A stretch of DNA of 64,000 nucleotides from Candidatus Latescibacterota bacterium. GTDB lineage: Bacteria; Latescibacterota; UBA2968. How positions within the stretch are numbered: the stretch's first letter is position 1; every line of letters starts with the position of its first letter. A model generated the notes under the pieces. It made no database searches. It was not told the DNA's origin and saw only the letters and a list, made by a program, of their open reading frames with translations. Positions 1-7,532 of the stretch are shown here, one piece after another. The stretch is from assembly GCA_965207885.1 (NCBI GenBank), contig OZ242311.1, positions 2,464,001 to 2,528,000 on the forward strand. Direction: 5' to 3'. The translations under genes and the position numbers were made by a program.

Positions 1-35
1 ATTCTCATTTAATAATCATTTTTCCGGGATGTGCT

Positions 36-1553
36 ATGGCTAAACACCACCAAAATCAATCGCTATACAGGTTCGCGGGGTATGCGGCACTGATTGAACA
101 GTATGACCTCGACGTCATCCCGAATTGGCACACGTCTATGGTGATTATTAGAGGAACCCACAGGATTGATTCCCTTGGGGGGATCATCAAAGAAGTCTAT
201 CCATCCCGGTACTGGCCCGGGGAGACATTGGGCGACCATCTGGAATTTGCACTCAAATACGATGGGACGAATCTCGCAATTCTCGCCAGCTTGTTCGAGA
301 AAGTATCAGAGGATGATTTCCTCGACTATGTCTGCTCGAAACCGACCGGTAAGTATGCCAGGCGACTGTGGTTTTTCTATGAGTTCCTGACCGGGAAGCT
401 ACTCCCGCTGGATGACCTGAACCGGGGAAATTACATCGATCTCCTCGAATCAGATGCCTATTATACGGTCGGGCCTGCCCGCAAGGTTCGCCGTCAGCGG
501 ATCAACAATAATCTGCCTGGTGAACGCCGATTCTGTCCCACAATTCGTCGCACCGATATTCTTCGAGACTTTGAAACGAAAGCGTTGCATACCAGATGCC
601 AACAAGTCGTGTCTCGATACGCGCCAGAATTGTTGAAACGCGCGCTCAGCTACCTGTACACCAAGGAAACGAAATCGTCTTATGAAATCGAACGCATCAC
701 CCCTTCCTCAACCCGAACCGAACGCTTCATAGCACTGCTCCAACTGGCCGAGCAAGAGGATTTTTGTCGAAAACCGCGGTTGATTGACTTACAGAACCGC
801 ATCGTTGACGCCCGGTTCCAGGATCCCGATTATCGAATGACCCAAAATTACGTCGGACAAACTGTGGCTTGGCAAAGAGAACATATTCACTTTGTGGCCC
901 CAAAGCCCGACGATTTAGCTGGTCTTATGGAAGGTCTCATAGCCACCCACAAACGCATGGAAGCCGGTGGTGTTCCACCCGTGATTCAAGCTGCTGCCAT
1001 TGCCTATGGATTCGTCTTTCTACACCCTTTTGAGGATGGCAATGGTCGTATCCACCGCTTCTTGATCCACAATATTCTCGCTCGGCGAGGCTTTACACCC
1101 GAAAGCGTTATGTTTCCCATATCGGCGGTCATGCTGAAGAATCCATCCGACTACGACGCTTCGCTGGATGCGTTCTCCCGACAACTCATGCCTCTGGTGG
1201 AATACACCCTGGAACAGGATGGACGCTTGACTGTGCATAACGATACCGCGATATGGTACCGCTATATCGACCTGACCCCCCAGGCAGAGGCTCTGTTTCG
1301 GTTTATCGACCAGACCATTGATACCGAACTCGCCGACGAACTGGCCTTCCTGGCCAACTACGATGCGGCCAAACAAGCGATCCAAAATACCGTAGATATG
1401 CCCGACAGACAGATTGATCTTTTCATTCGCTTCTGTCTCCAAAACAACGGCCGCCTGTCCGCACGAAAACGCGCAAGCCACTTTGATTATCTGACAGATG
1501 AAGAAATTGATACTATGGAACAGGCTGTGCAATTTTCTGAGAGGTCTTCTTGA
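36..1553 (+). CDS. Fic family protein (adenylyltransferase fold)
   Basis: Canonical Fic motif HPFEDGNGRIHR; N-terminal SSYEIE resembles the (S/T)xxxE inhibitory motif. Confidence 0.9.
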   Translation: MAKHHQNQSLYRFAGYAALIEQYDLDVIPNWHTSMVIIRGTHRIDSLGGIIKEVYPSRYWPGETLGDHLEFALKYDGTNLAILASLFEKVSEDDFLDYVCSKPTGKYARRLWFFYEFLTGKLLPLDDLNRGNYIDLLESDAYYTVGPARKVRRQRINNNLPGERRFCPTIRRTDILRDFETKALHTRCQQVVSRYAPELLKRALSYLYTKETKSSYEIERITPSSTRTERFIALLQLAEQEDFCRKPRLIDLQNRIVDARFQDPDYRMTQNYVGQTVAWQREHIHFVAPKPDDLAGLMEGLIATHKRMEAGGVPPVIQAAAIAYGFVFLHPFEDGNGRIHRFLIHNILARRGFTPESVMFPISAVMLKNPSDYDASLDAFSRQLMPLVEYTLEQDGRLTVHNDTAIWYRYIDLTPQAEALFRFIDQTIDTELADELAFLANYDAAKQAIQNTVDMPDRQIDLFIRFCLQNNGRLSARKRASHFDYLTDEEIDTMEQAVQFSERSS

Positions 1554-1696
1554 CGATGATCAAGCAATATCGCGGACGATGCTTCAAAGAATCGCGATCG
1601 CATTGAATCAAAGGGGCGAGATTAATTTTGTACCAGTGGAAGGGCAACAAGAGGTCGTGTAAAAGTAGCGGGATGAATAGCGGAATCTGTCCGTAG

Positions 1697-1757
1697 AAAC
1701 GGGGTAACTCCACTCTCGTGTTGGGTTGGATTTACCCCGTTTGGATTTACCCCGTTT
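1697..1757. repeat. 15-16 bp motif TGGATTTACCCCGTTT: two tandem copies plus one inverted copy
   Basis: TTGGATTTACCCCGT at 1726-1740 and 1741-1755; AAACGGGGTAACTCCA at 1697-1712 is the reverse complement with 1 mismatch. Confidence 0.85.
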
Positions 1758-1919
1758 TTAGTGTATAATTTAGAAGGTTCACCTCAATCATCCTGTGCCA
1801 TCAGTTTTTCATAGGTGATGGGTAATTGAAATGTTATACATCAAATCGGGTCAAGTCCATGTTGATAGACTTTGACCTTTGGATAGGTGGAGCAACAAAT
1901 TTTTGACTGGAGGCAGAAC

Positions 1920-2111
1920 GTGAAATTTTCAGTGAATTTATCTGAAAATGAGGTCAAACGCCTACAGGCGACCGCTAAGCGACTGAATGTTCCTGTGGAG
2001 AAATTGGCTAAGGCAGCATTAACCGACCTTTTACATTCGGATGTAGATTTTGAGCACGCTGCGGAGCATGTTCTAAAGAAGAATCGGGAACTCTATCGAA
2101 GGTTGAGTTGA
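1920..2111 (+). CDS. Small DNA-binding antitoxin (RHH-like), partner of Doc
   Basis: GTG start after GGAGG; C-terminal KNRELYRRLS is typical of Doc-associated antitoxins; TGATG overlap with the toxin gene. Confidence 0.75.
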   Translation: MKFSVNLSENEVKRLQATAKRLNVPVEKLAKAALTDLLHSDVDFEHAAEHVLKKNRELYRRLS

Positions 2112-2497
2112 TGCGTTATATCAGTCTGAGTGAAGTGTTAGAACTTCATCGGCGTATTATTGAAGAAAGTGGCGGATCGACGGGGTTGCGTGACCTCGGC
2201 GGATTGGAATCAGCCATCACCCAGCCCCGTATGACGTTTGGAGGTCGTGATCTTTACCCGACTCTGATTGAAAAAGCAGCCGCATTGTGTTTTTCTCTGG
2301 TTCAAAATCACCCGTTCATTGATGGAAACAAGCGAGTAGGGCATGCCGCTATGGAAGTCATGCTAATTCTGAATGGGTATGAAATTTATGCTCCCGTAGA
2401 TGATCAGGAACAGGTCATTTTAGAACTTGCTTCAGGGGATGTTTCTCGTGATAAACTGATCGAATGGTTGACAGATCCTATTGATGAAGTGAGATAA
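2111..2497 (+). CDS. doc: Type II TA death-on-curing (Doc) family toxin
   Basis: HPFIDGNKRVG Doc motif; GLRDLGGLESA and LYPTLIEKAAAL segments. Confidence 0.9.
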   Translation: MRYISLSEVLELHRRIIEESGGSTGLRDLGGLESAITQPRMTFGGRDLYPTLIEKAAALCFSLVQNHPFIDGNKRVGHAAMEVMLILNGYEIYAPVDDQEQVILELASGDVSRDKLIEWLTDPIDEVR

Positions 2498-3189
2498 TGG
2501 CAAAACAAAAGGCCGTAAGTGTTGCTTTGTGGGAGCAAAAACTCACGACCTTTGAAGAATTATATAATGAAGCCACACCAGAGGAACGGAAAGACCTCTT
2601 AAGACTGCATATCAACCACCTGGTCTATACCCCTGACGGGATTCAACTCGCCTTATTTGATCCCAGTAACGAAGCAGATAGGCCCAAAGTTCAGCGAGAT
2701 GGCACGTCTGGCTCCCCAACCATTCCATCGACTGAACTTTTCTGTGTGTGGGATCACTTCCCCATCCATCACTTCCGCAGGAACAAGAAGCCCATCATCG
2801 CAATCGGTCATAAGCCACAAAAACAATTCGTTACTCAAAAACTGCACCATCCCAACTATCTCAAAAGAGCCACGTATTATCACGAACTTCTTGATAAGGG
2901 CTATGTTCAATCTCAGACCGAACTTGCCAAACAGGTGGGAATTTCGAGGACCAAAACCCGATTGATTCTACGGTTGCTCAAACTGGATGAGGAAATTAAA
3001 GACTTTATCCTGAGCTTGGATGATTCAGACCCAAGGCTGAGTGCTGTGGCTGTCTATCGGTTACAACCATTACTCCAGCTTAAAAGCAAGGAGAGACAAA
3101 GAAGGAAATTTTGGCAGATGATCGAGGACCAATATCCAGGGCAAAGCACCTGCTATGAGAAGATTGCGCTATCAAGATTTGATAGCTAA
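2497..3189 (+). CDS. Probable large serine recombinase C-terminal remnant fused to an HTH domain
   Basis: N-terminal EATPEERKDLLRLHINHLVYTPDGIQLAL resembles LSR C-termini; later LLDKGYVQSQTELAKQVGISRTKTRLILRLLKL is an HTH of the type found beside LSRs; TAATG coupling to doc. Confidence 0.5.
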   Translation: MAKQKAVSVALWEQKLTTFEELYNEATPEERKDLLRLHINHLVYTPDGIQLALFDPSNEADRPKVQRDGTSGSPTIPSTELFCVWDHFPIHHFRRNKKPIIAIGHKPQKQFVTQKLHHPNYLKRATYYHELLDKGYVQSQTELAKQVGISRTKTRLILRLLKLDEEIKDFILSLDDSDPRLSAVAVYRLQPLLQLKSKERQRRKFWQMIEDQYPGQSTCYEKIALSRFDS

Positions 3190-3285
3190 ATAAAATAGGC
3201 GATAATTTCTCTGTAACCTTAGACTCGATTCGTTTTGGTTTATAACAGCATAAAGGGTGCTTTCTGCACTATCCACGAAAACGGG

Positions 3286-3606
3286 TCAATTCCACCACCT
3301 TTGAAAATCATCTATCCGCTTATCCATCTGCTTTACTTCTCCTTTTGTTTCAGCCATTTCATTCGCCCCTTCCACCAGCCTTTTAGCAAACTCTCTGATT
3401 TCTGGCTTATTGGTGTCCTGGAATATTTTAAGGATTTCAGATGTTTGTGTTATATGTGTGAAATTGTTATTTATTTCTTCTATCTGCCCTTTTAGGAGGT
3501 CATTTTGTTCTCGCAGGAGATTAACTGTTTCATCATTCTTTTCATTTATTTGCCGAGATAGTGCAATAAATTCCTCAATGGCTTCGTCTAATCCTTCTTT
3601 GTCCAT
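3286..3606 (-). CDS. Hypothetical coiled-coil protein (106 aa, MDKEGLDEAIEEF...)
   Basis: Heptad-rich ORF directly downstream of the structured RNA leader; ATG at 3606. Confidence 0.6.
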   Translation of the reverse strand: MDKEGLDEAIEEFIALSRQINEKNDETVNLLREQNDLLKGQIEEINNNFTHITQTSEILKIFQDTNKPEIREFAKRLVEGANEMAETKGEVKQMDKRIDDFQRWWN

Positions 3607-3629
3607 ATTGTCACGTCTTTCTAAATTTA

Positions 3630-3850
3630 TGTGAATCGTGTGAAAAAGACAGGCGAAAAAAAACGCAGTTATCTTTGCGTGGTGGTGACACCTTGCAACC
3701 GCAAGGTGTCGGGCAGAGGTTACCACTCGCGCAGAGATACTGCGGGAAATCCCACGTATTTACCAGAGATCGGGTAGCTAATCCGTTCTTATATCTGGTT
3801 CTTGTATTTGGCGGGCTACCCGACCTATCGGGCTGCCCAAGTGGTAACCG
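3630..3850 (-). ncRNA. Putative structured RNA/attenuator, unit 2
   Basis: Stems 3718-3727/3840-3849, 3770-3778/3815-3823, 3687-3696/3701-3710 (perfect 10 bp); terminator-like 3663-3680 followed by a U-run. Confidence 0.5.
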
Positions 3851-3856
3851 TATTCG

Positions 3857-3991
3857 TGTGAATCGTGTGAAAATAAAAAAGCCCTGACGGTATCCAGTCA
3901 ACATGCCGAATACCATGAGGGTATTCAGGGTTGTCCGCCAGGGCTAAAAAGTATATTCGTATGTCGATGCAATCGGCTGTTGACTGAATAC
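3857..3991 (-). ncRNA. Putative c4/CI-like structured RNA, unit 1
   Basis: 3890-3903 pairs with 3978-3991; the competing stem 3880-3890/3935-3945 is followed by a U-run; internal hairpin 3908-3926; begins right after a sigma70 promoter. Confidence 0.55.
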
Positions 3992-3995
3992 GCAA

Positions 3996-4024
3996 AATTT
4001 AATGTATCCAACATCGAAGGTCAA
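3996..4024 (-). promoter_or_regulatory. sigma70 promoter TTGACC-N17-TAAATT
   Basis: -35 at 4019-4024, -10 at 3996-4001; predicted start site ~3990 coincides with the first RNA stem. Confidence 0.65.
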
Positions 4025-4070
4025 TATCTTTTACACTTCTTTACAAACTACCCGCCTTTATTGCCACGGG

Positions 4071-4098
4071 AGTATAAAACAAATGCCGCGTATGTCAA
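4071..4098 (-). promoter_or_regulatory. sigma70 promoter TTGACA-N16-TATACT
   Basis: Near-consensus hexamers with a 16-nt spacer, upstream of the previous promoter. Confidence 0.55.
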
Positions 4099-4118
4099 AT
4101 GAGAGACAGACATCTTTG

Positions 4119-4445
4119 TTACAAAAGTTTTATGATGCCAGTTATTAGGGCAGAGGCGCCAAGAATTGCCATCACAATTTTAAATGTAAAATCTCGCCTA
4201 TCTCTGGTTTCTTCTTTTACCTTTTTCTCATAATTTTCAATGGCTTCTTCTGCTGTTTTAATATCCCTGACGGTGTTTGTCACTCCATCAAGGTTTTCTT
4301 CTATACCATCAAGCCTACTGTCAAGTTTGCGCAACCACTCCGTAACCATCCAAAATGTCTGTTCGTTGTCTTCAAATCCGGCTCCGGGAAACGAAGGTTG
4401 TTCACCGGGGGTTGTGGAGCCGCCGAGGTTTTTTCTATTTGTCAT
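4119..4445 (-). CDS. Hypothetical coiled-coil protein with a C-terminal transmembrane helix
   Basis: Coiled coil followed by FTFKIVMAILGASALITGIIKLL; ATGA overlap with the upstream stop. Confidence 0.7.
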   Translation of the reverse strand: MTNRKNLGGSTTPGEQPSFPGAGFEDNEQTFWMVTEWLRKLDSRLDGIEENLDGVTNTVRDIKTAEEAIENYEKKVKEETRDRRDFTFKIVMAILGASALITGIIKLL

Positions 4446-4756
4446 TGTTGAACCCCCAGCCACTCCCAAAGGTCTCGGCTGGCATAGCCATAATATCCCC
4501 CACTAACGCGCACAATGAACCCTGATCCTATATCGCTACCGTCTCCATATCCAAGTTCTTCGCTTAACTCCCGCGCAGTTCCTGAGTATGTGACAAAATA
4601 AATGTCTGGCGCATGTACATCACACACCTGCACAGGGGGCGAAGGGGCCATGCTCTTGCCATTTTGACTCACCAGATTCTGAATCTTTGTTTGCAATGCC
4701 AGAGCTTCATCGTCGTCAATTTGCAATGGGACGATAGCGTACACCATATTAATCAC
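4442..4756 (-). CDS. Hypothetical small alpha/beta protein (possibly ferredoxin-like fold)
   Basis: Conserved-looking C-terminus GYYGYASRDLWEWL; GTGA and ATGA overlaps on both sides. Confidence 0.65.
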   Translation of the reverse strand: MINMVYAIVPLQIDDDEALALQTKIQNLVSQNGKSMAPSPPVQVCDVHAPDIYFVTYSGTARELSEELGYGDGSDIGSGFIVRVSGGYYGYASRDLWEWLGVQQ

Positions 4757-5295
4757 CTCTCCTCGCGAATAGGGTAATTTATTTTATCTATTTTATCCCA
4801 ATATTTTTGTATCCCTTTACACCTGGTTTTGATTGTTTCGGACGCCATTTCTGTAATTCCGCTGTTGTAAGGCATGATCTGTTCTTGGAGTTGTGCTAAA
4901 TGCTTTTTTAGTCGATCTAAGTTTTTTTTAAATTCTTGCCGGATTTCTTCTGCATCCATTTCCAGCGAATAAACCATAACGATTTCGCTTCTTACAACTG
5001 TCCCTTGCGGTGGGTTGGGAGACAGGACGTCTGGTTGCATTTGAAGTACGTATCGGTTACCTGTAAACGGCACATAAAATTTCACATGATCACCAGTTGG
5101 TGATATTGAAATACTCGATTCATCAATTCGAGGAATATCTATTGTATATATTGCTTTGATTTCTTTCAACAGGTCCTTCTGTTGATCACGCACAATATAT
5201 TCATCTTGCGCGTATATACTATTATGGATGCTGGTTGATCGGGATTCGAGGTAGTCTTCAAGACGTTGGCTATGTTCGTTGAATAAATCATTCAC
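4753..5295 (-). CDS. Hypothetical protein (180 aa)
   Basis: AGAGGA RBS, GTG start; FYVPFTGN...PNPP segment; first gene of a coupled three-gene operon. Confidence 0.65.
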   Translation of the reverse strand: MNDLFNEHSQRLEDYLESRSTSIHNSIYAQDEYIVRDQQKDLLKEIKAIYTIDIPRIDESSISISPTGDHVKFYVPFTGNRYVLQMQPDVLSPNPPQGTVVRSEIVMVYSLEMDAEEIRQEFKKNLDRLKKHLAQLQEQIMPYNSGITEMASETIKTRCKGIQKYWDKIDKINYPIREER

Positions 5296-5370
5296 ATCTA
5301 AATCCTCTTTGGTTTGTGTGTTTACGCTGTGTCAAGTAAAAATAAACGTAATACGCCTAAACCGCAACCC

Positions 5371-5412
5371 CAAAAATAGCCCGGTTTCGGGAGGGAAACC
5401 GGGCTATTTTTG
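5371..5412. terminator. Perfect 18-bp hairpin with A/T tails (bidirectional terminator-like)
   Basis: CAAAAATAGCCCGGTTTC-GGGAGG-GAAACCGGGCTATTTTTG. Confidence 0.7.
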
Positions 5413-5541
5413 TGCCCTATAAGTGCTGGCAGGTACTGTTTGCCGAAGTACTCGCCCGAGTTGTTTTTAATTCAAAAAGAAGTACATTAGGTACTTGACT
5501 GTGCCAGCAATTCATTTGGTCACTATCCTACATAATCTCCT

Positions 5542-5573
5542 AAAAAAAAGCCCCCTTTGAGGAGGCTTTTTTT
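5542..5573. terminator. Intrinsic terminator downstream of tRNA-Asn
   Basis: AAAAAAAAGCCCCC-TTTGA-GGAGGCTTTTTTT. Confidence 0.75.
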
Positions 5574-5665
5574 CATCTCGTTGTTATCTTCTACTTTTCT
5601 GTTTGGTTCGGTTAACCAAATGAAAACTTTTGAAGATAGATCAAATTTTAGCGAGAAGATATTCT

Positions 5666-5741
5666 TGGCTCCGGCGGTAGGACTCGAACCTACGACCCAG
5701 TGGTTAACAGCCACTTGCTCTGCCGACTGAGCTACGCCGGA
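5666..5741 (-). tRNA. tRNA-Asn(GTT)
   Basis: 76-nt cloverleaf TCCGGCG...CGCCGGAGCCA; anticodon loop CT-GTT-AA; GGTTCGAGTCC T-arm. Confidence 0.97.
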
Positions 5742-5765
5742 ACGTCATATTTCCAATAGCGATGA

Positions 5766-5794
5766 AATCTACTGGAAGTGAATAGTAGTGTCAA
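5766..5794 (-). promoter_or_regulatory. tRNA-Asn promoter TTGACA-N17-TAGATT
   Basis: Consensus -35 with a 17-nt spacer. Confidence 0.6.
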
Positions 5795-5847
5795 GCGCAA
5801 TTTTTGACCCGTTGATTTTGCGGCGTCTGAATATCAGGGCATTCCTC

Positions 5848-5876
5848 TTGACATCCCTCTGGTGAACATCTATGTT
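5848..5876 (+). promoter_or_regulatory. sigma70 promoter TTGACA-N17-TATGTT for rpiB
   Basis: Consensus -35 with a 17-nt spacer. Confidence 0.6.
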
Positions 5877-5932
5877 TCCAGAGGTTAGCCCAACCACCCA
5901 ACCTACCAGCCCTCAGTCCCAGCCCCTTGCTT

Positions 5933-6655
5933 ATGTCAGATGAAAAGTTGATACAGAGGATTGTTGCCGAAGTTGTGCGGCGGTTGAAGGCGTTGGAGGG
6001 GGGCGCGGTATCTGCGCCGGTTGACCCGCCGGTGAGTTTGGTGACAGAGGATCTGGTCAAATCTGCGATAAGTCGTGGTGGTGATGCGGTTTATGTGACG
6101 CCCAATGCGATTGTGACGCCGTTGGCGCGGGATTTGATACGGCAGCAGAAAGTGCGTCTGGTCGTGGCTGATGATGAGGCAGTGATTCAAGAGCCGCAGA
6201 AATCGAGTGTATTAGCTATTGGTGCAGACCACAAGGGATTTGAACTGAAGAAACAGATTGTGCTTATGTTGCAAGATGCCGGGCGAGAGGTGATGGATTG
6301 TGGTGTGCATAGCCCGCAAGAGACCTCTTATGTTGGTGTGGCAAAAACGGTGGCCGACGTTGTTCTGGAGAAGAATTTGATGACGGGTATTGTGGTTGAT
6401 GGGGGAGGTACGGGGGCTGCTCTCGTTGCGAATAAGGTAAAGGGGATCCGCGCTGTTTCGTGTCACGATGTGACGTCGGCCAAATTTGCCCGCGCCCATG
6501 TGGATGCCAATATTCTGTGTCTCGGTGTGGGCGTGGTGGGCGATACCGTGGCCCAAGAGATTGTTGCGACGTGGCTGAGTACCCCTTTTGAGGGGGATCA
6601 ATATGCGGCGCGTGTTCGAGAAATTGATGCGGTGGAGGATCAGAATCGGGATTGA
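5933..6655 (+). CDS. rpiB: RpiB/LacA/LacB sugar-phosphate isomerase with an N-terminal microcompartment-type extension
   Basis: AIGADHKGFELK, ANKVKGIRA, HVDANILCLG; N-terminal LIQRIVAEVVRRL amphipathic helix. Confidence 0.85.
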   Translation: MSDEKLIQRIVAEVVRRLKALEGGAVSAPVDPPVSLVTEDLVKSAISRGGDAVYVTPNAIVTPLARDLIRQQKVRLVVADDEAVIQEPQKSSVLAIGADHKGFELKKQIVLMLQDAGREVMDCGVHSPQETSYVGVAKTVADVVLEKNLMTGIVVDGGGTGAALVANKVKGIRAVSCHDVTSAKFARAHVDANILCLGVGVVGDTVAQEIVATWLSTPFEGDQYAARVREIDAVEDQNRD

Positions 6656-6679
6656 TCTGAATGCTCTTTTAATCAGGAG

Positions 6680-7456
6680 ATGACTATGCTTTCACAGGAG
6701 CAACTGGCGCAATATGACCGGGATGGGTATGTGTTGGTGTCGGGCTTGATTCCAGAAGAGACAATTGCCAATGCGGAAGCTGCGATGTGGTCTGTGCTCG
6801 GGATGGATCGGGATGATCCGGCTTCGTGGTCTCCTTTTCCAGACGAAACAGATGGGGTGAATACAATCGCCCGCCAGGGAGTGATTGAGCATTTTGGGGT
6901 TCGTGATCCCGCTTTGCTGGCTTGTTGTACGCCCGCATTTTACGAGGCGCAGAGCCAACTGGTTCGGGAGAATGCAGATGCCTTTCACTGTCGGAAACCA
7001 CGGCCCGAGGCTGTGTGGGCACGCAGTGTATTTCCGGTTTCGAAAGGCTGGAATTATCTCAGTGGGCATGTCGATGGCGGACATCGACCTTTTGATGTTT
7101 TCCCCGGGTCATTTCGGGTTTCCTCTCTGACTTATCTCGATTCTGGTGTTGCGCAGGGCGGTGGGACCGCGGTCTGGCCTGGGACACATCGGATGTTCAG
7201 CGAGATGGCAGTGCAGGATCCTGACCGGTTTCGAATGCTGTCGGATTTTGCGAAACCGCAACAAAGGTTCGGGCTGGGAGAGCCGATTGAGTTGAGGCCG
7301 TCCCGAGGCGATGTCATGTTTTTTCATTATTTGTTAGTACACTGTGGATCTCTCAATACAAGCAATAAACCGCGTTTTGCCCTCCGGTGGATGTGTGCCT
7401 GTGATGCATGTCGCGTCTGGGAAAAACACGGCGAGTGGAATATCTGGATGCCCTGA
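6680..7456 (+). CDS. Phytanoyl-CoA dioxygenase (PhyH) family protein
   Basis: QYDRDGYVLV, HVD, GGTAVWPGTH, GDVMFFHYLLVHCG. Confidence 0.85.
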   Translation: MTMLSQEQLAQYDRDGYVLVSGLIPEETIANAEAAMWSVLGMDRDDPASWSPFPDETDGVNTIARQGVIEHFGVRDPALLACCTPAFYEAQSQLVRENADAFHCRKPRPEAVWARSVFPVSKGWNYLSGHVDGGHRPFDVFPGSFRVSSLTYLDSGVAQGGGTAVWPGTHRMFSEMAVQDPDRFRMLSDFAKPQQRFGLGEPIELRPSRGDVMFFHYLLVHCGSLNTSNKPRFALRWMCACDACRVWEKHGEWNIWMP

Positions 7457-7532
7457 TGTTGATGGTTGACTCGCTGTGGGGAAACCCGTATATTTTTTTC
7501 TTTATGACCTGTGTTGTTTCCTCGGGGTATTT

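Larger units (their letters stand above)
1..5665. mobile_element. Putative genomic island or decayed integrative element at the tRNA-Asn 3' end (left boundary outside the window)
   Basis: Abuts the CCA end of tRNA-Asn. Cargo is Fic/Doc toxins, a recombinase-like remnant and unknown ORFs. The 3.2-5.6 kb part is visibly AT-richer than the core genes. Confidence 0.6.

Noticed and set aside
3611-3916. 101-aa minus ORF and 70-aa plus ORF over the structured leader
   Set aside because: No RBS or protein-like composition; better explained by RNA structure, though a leader peptide cannot be excluded
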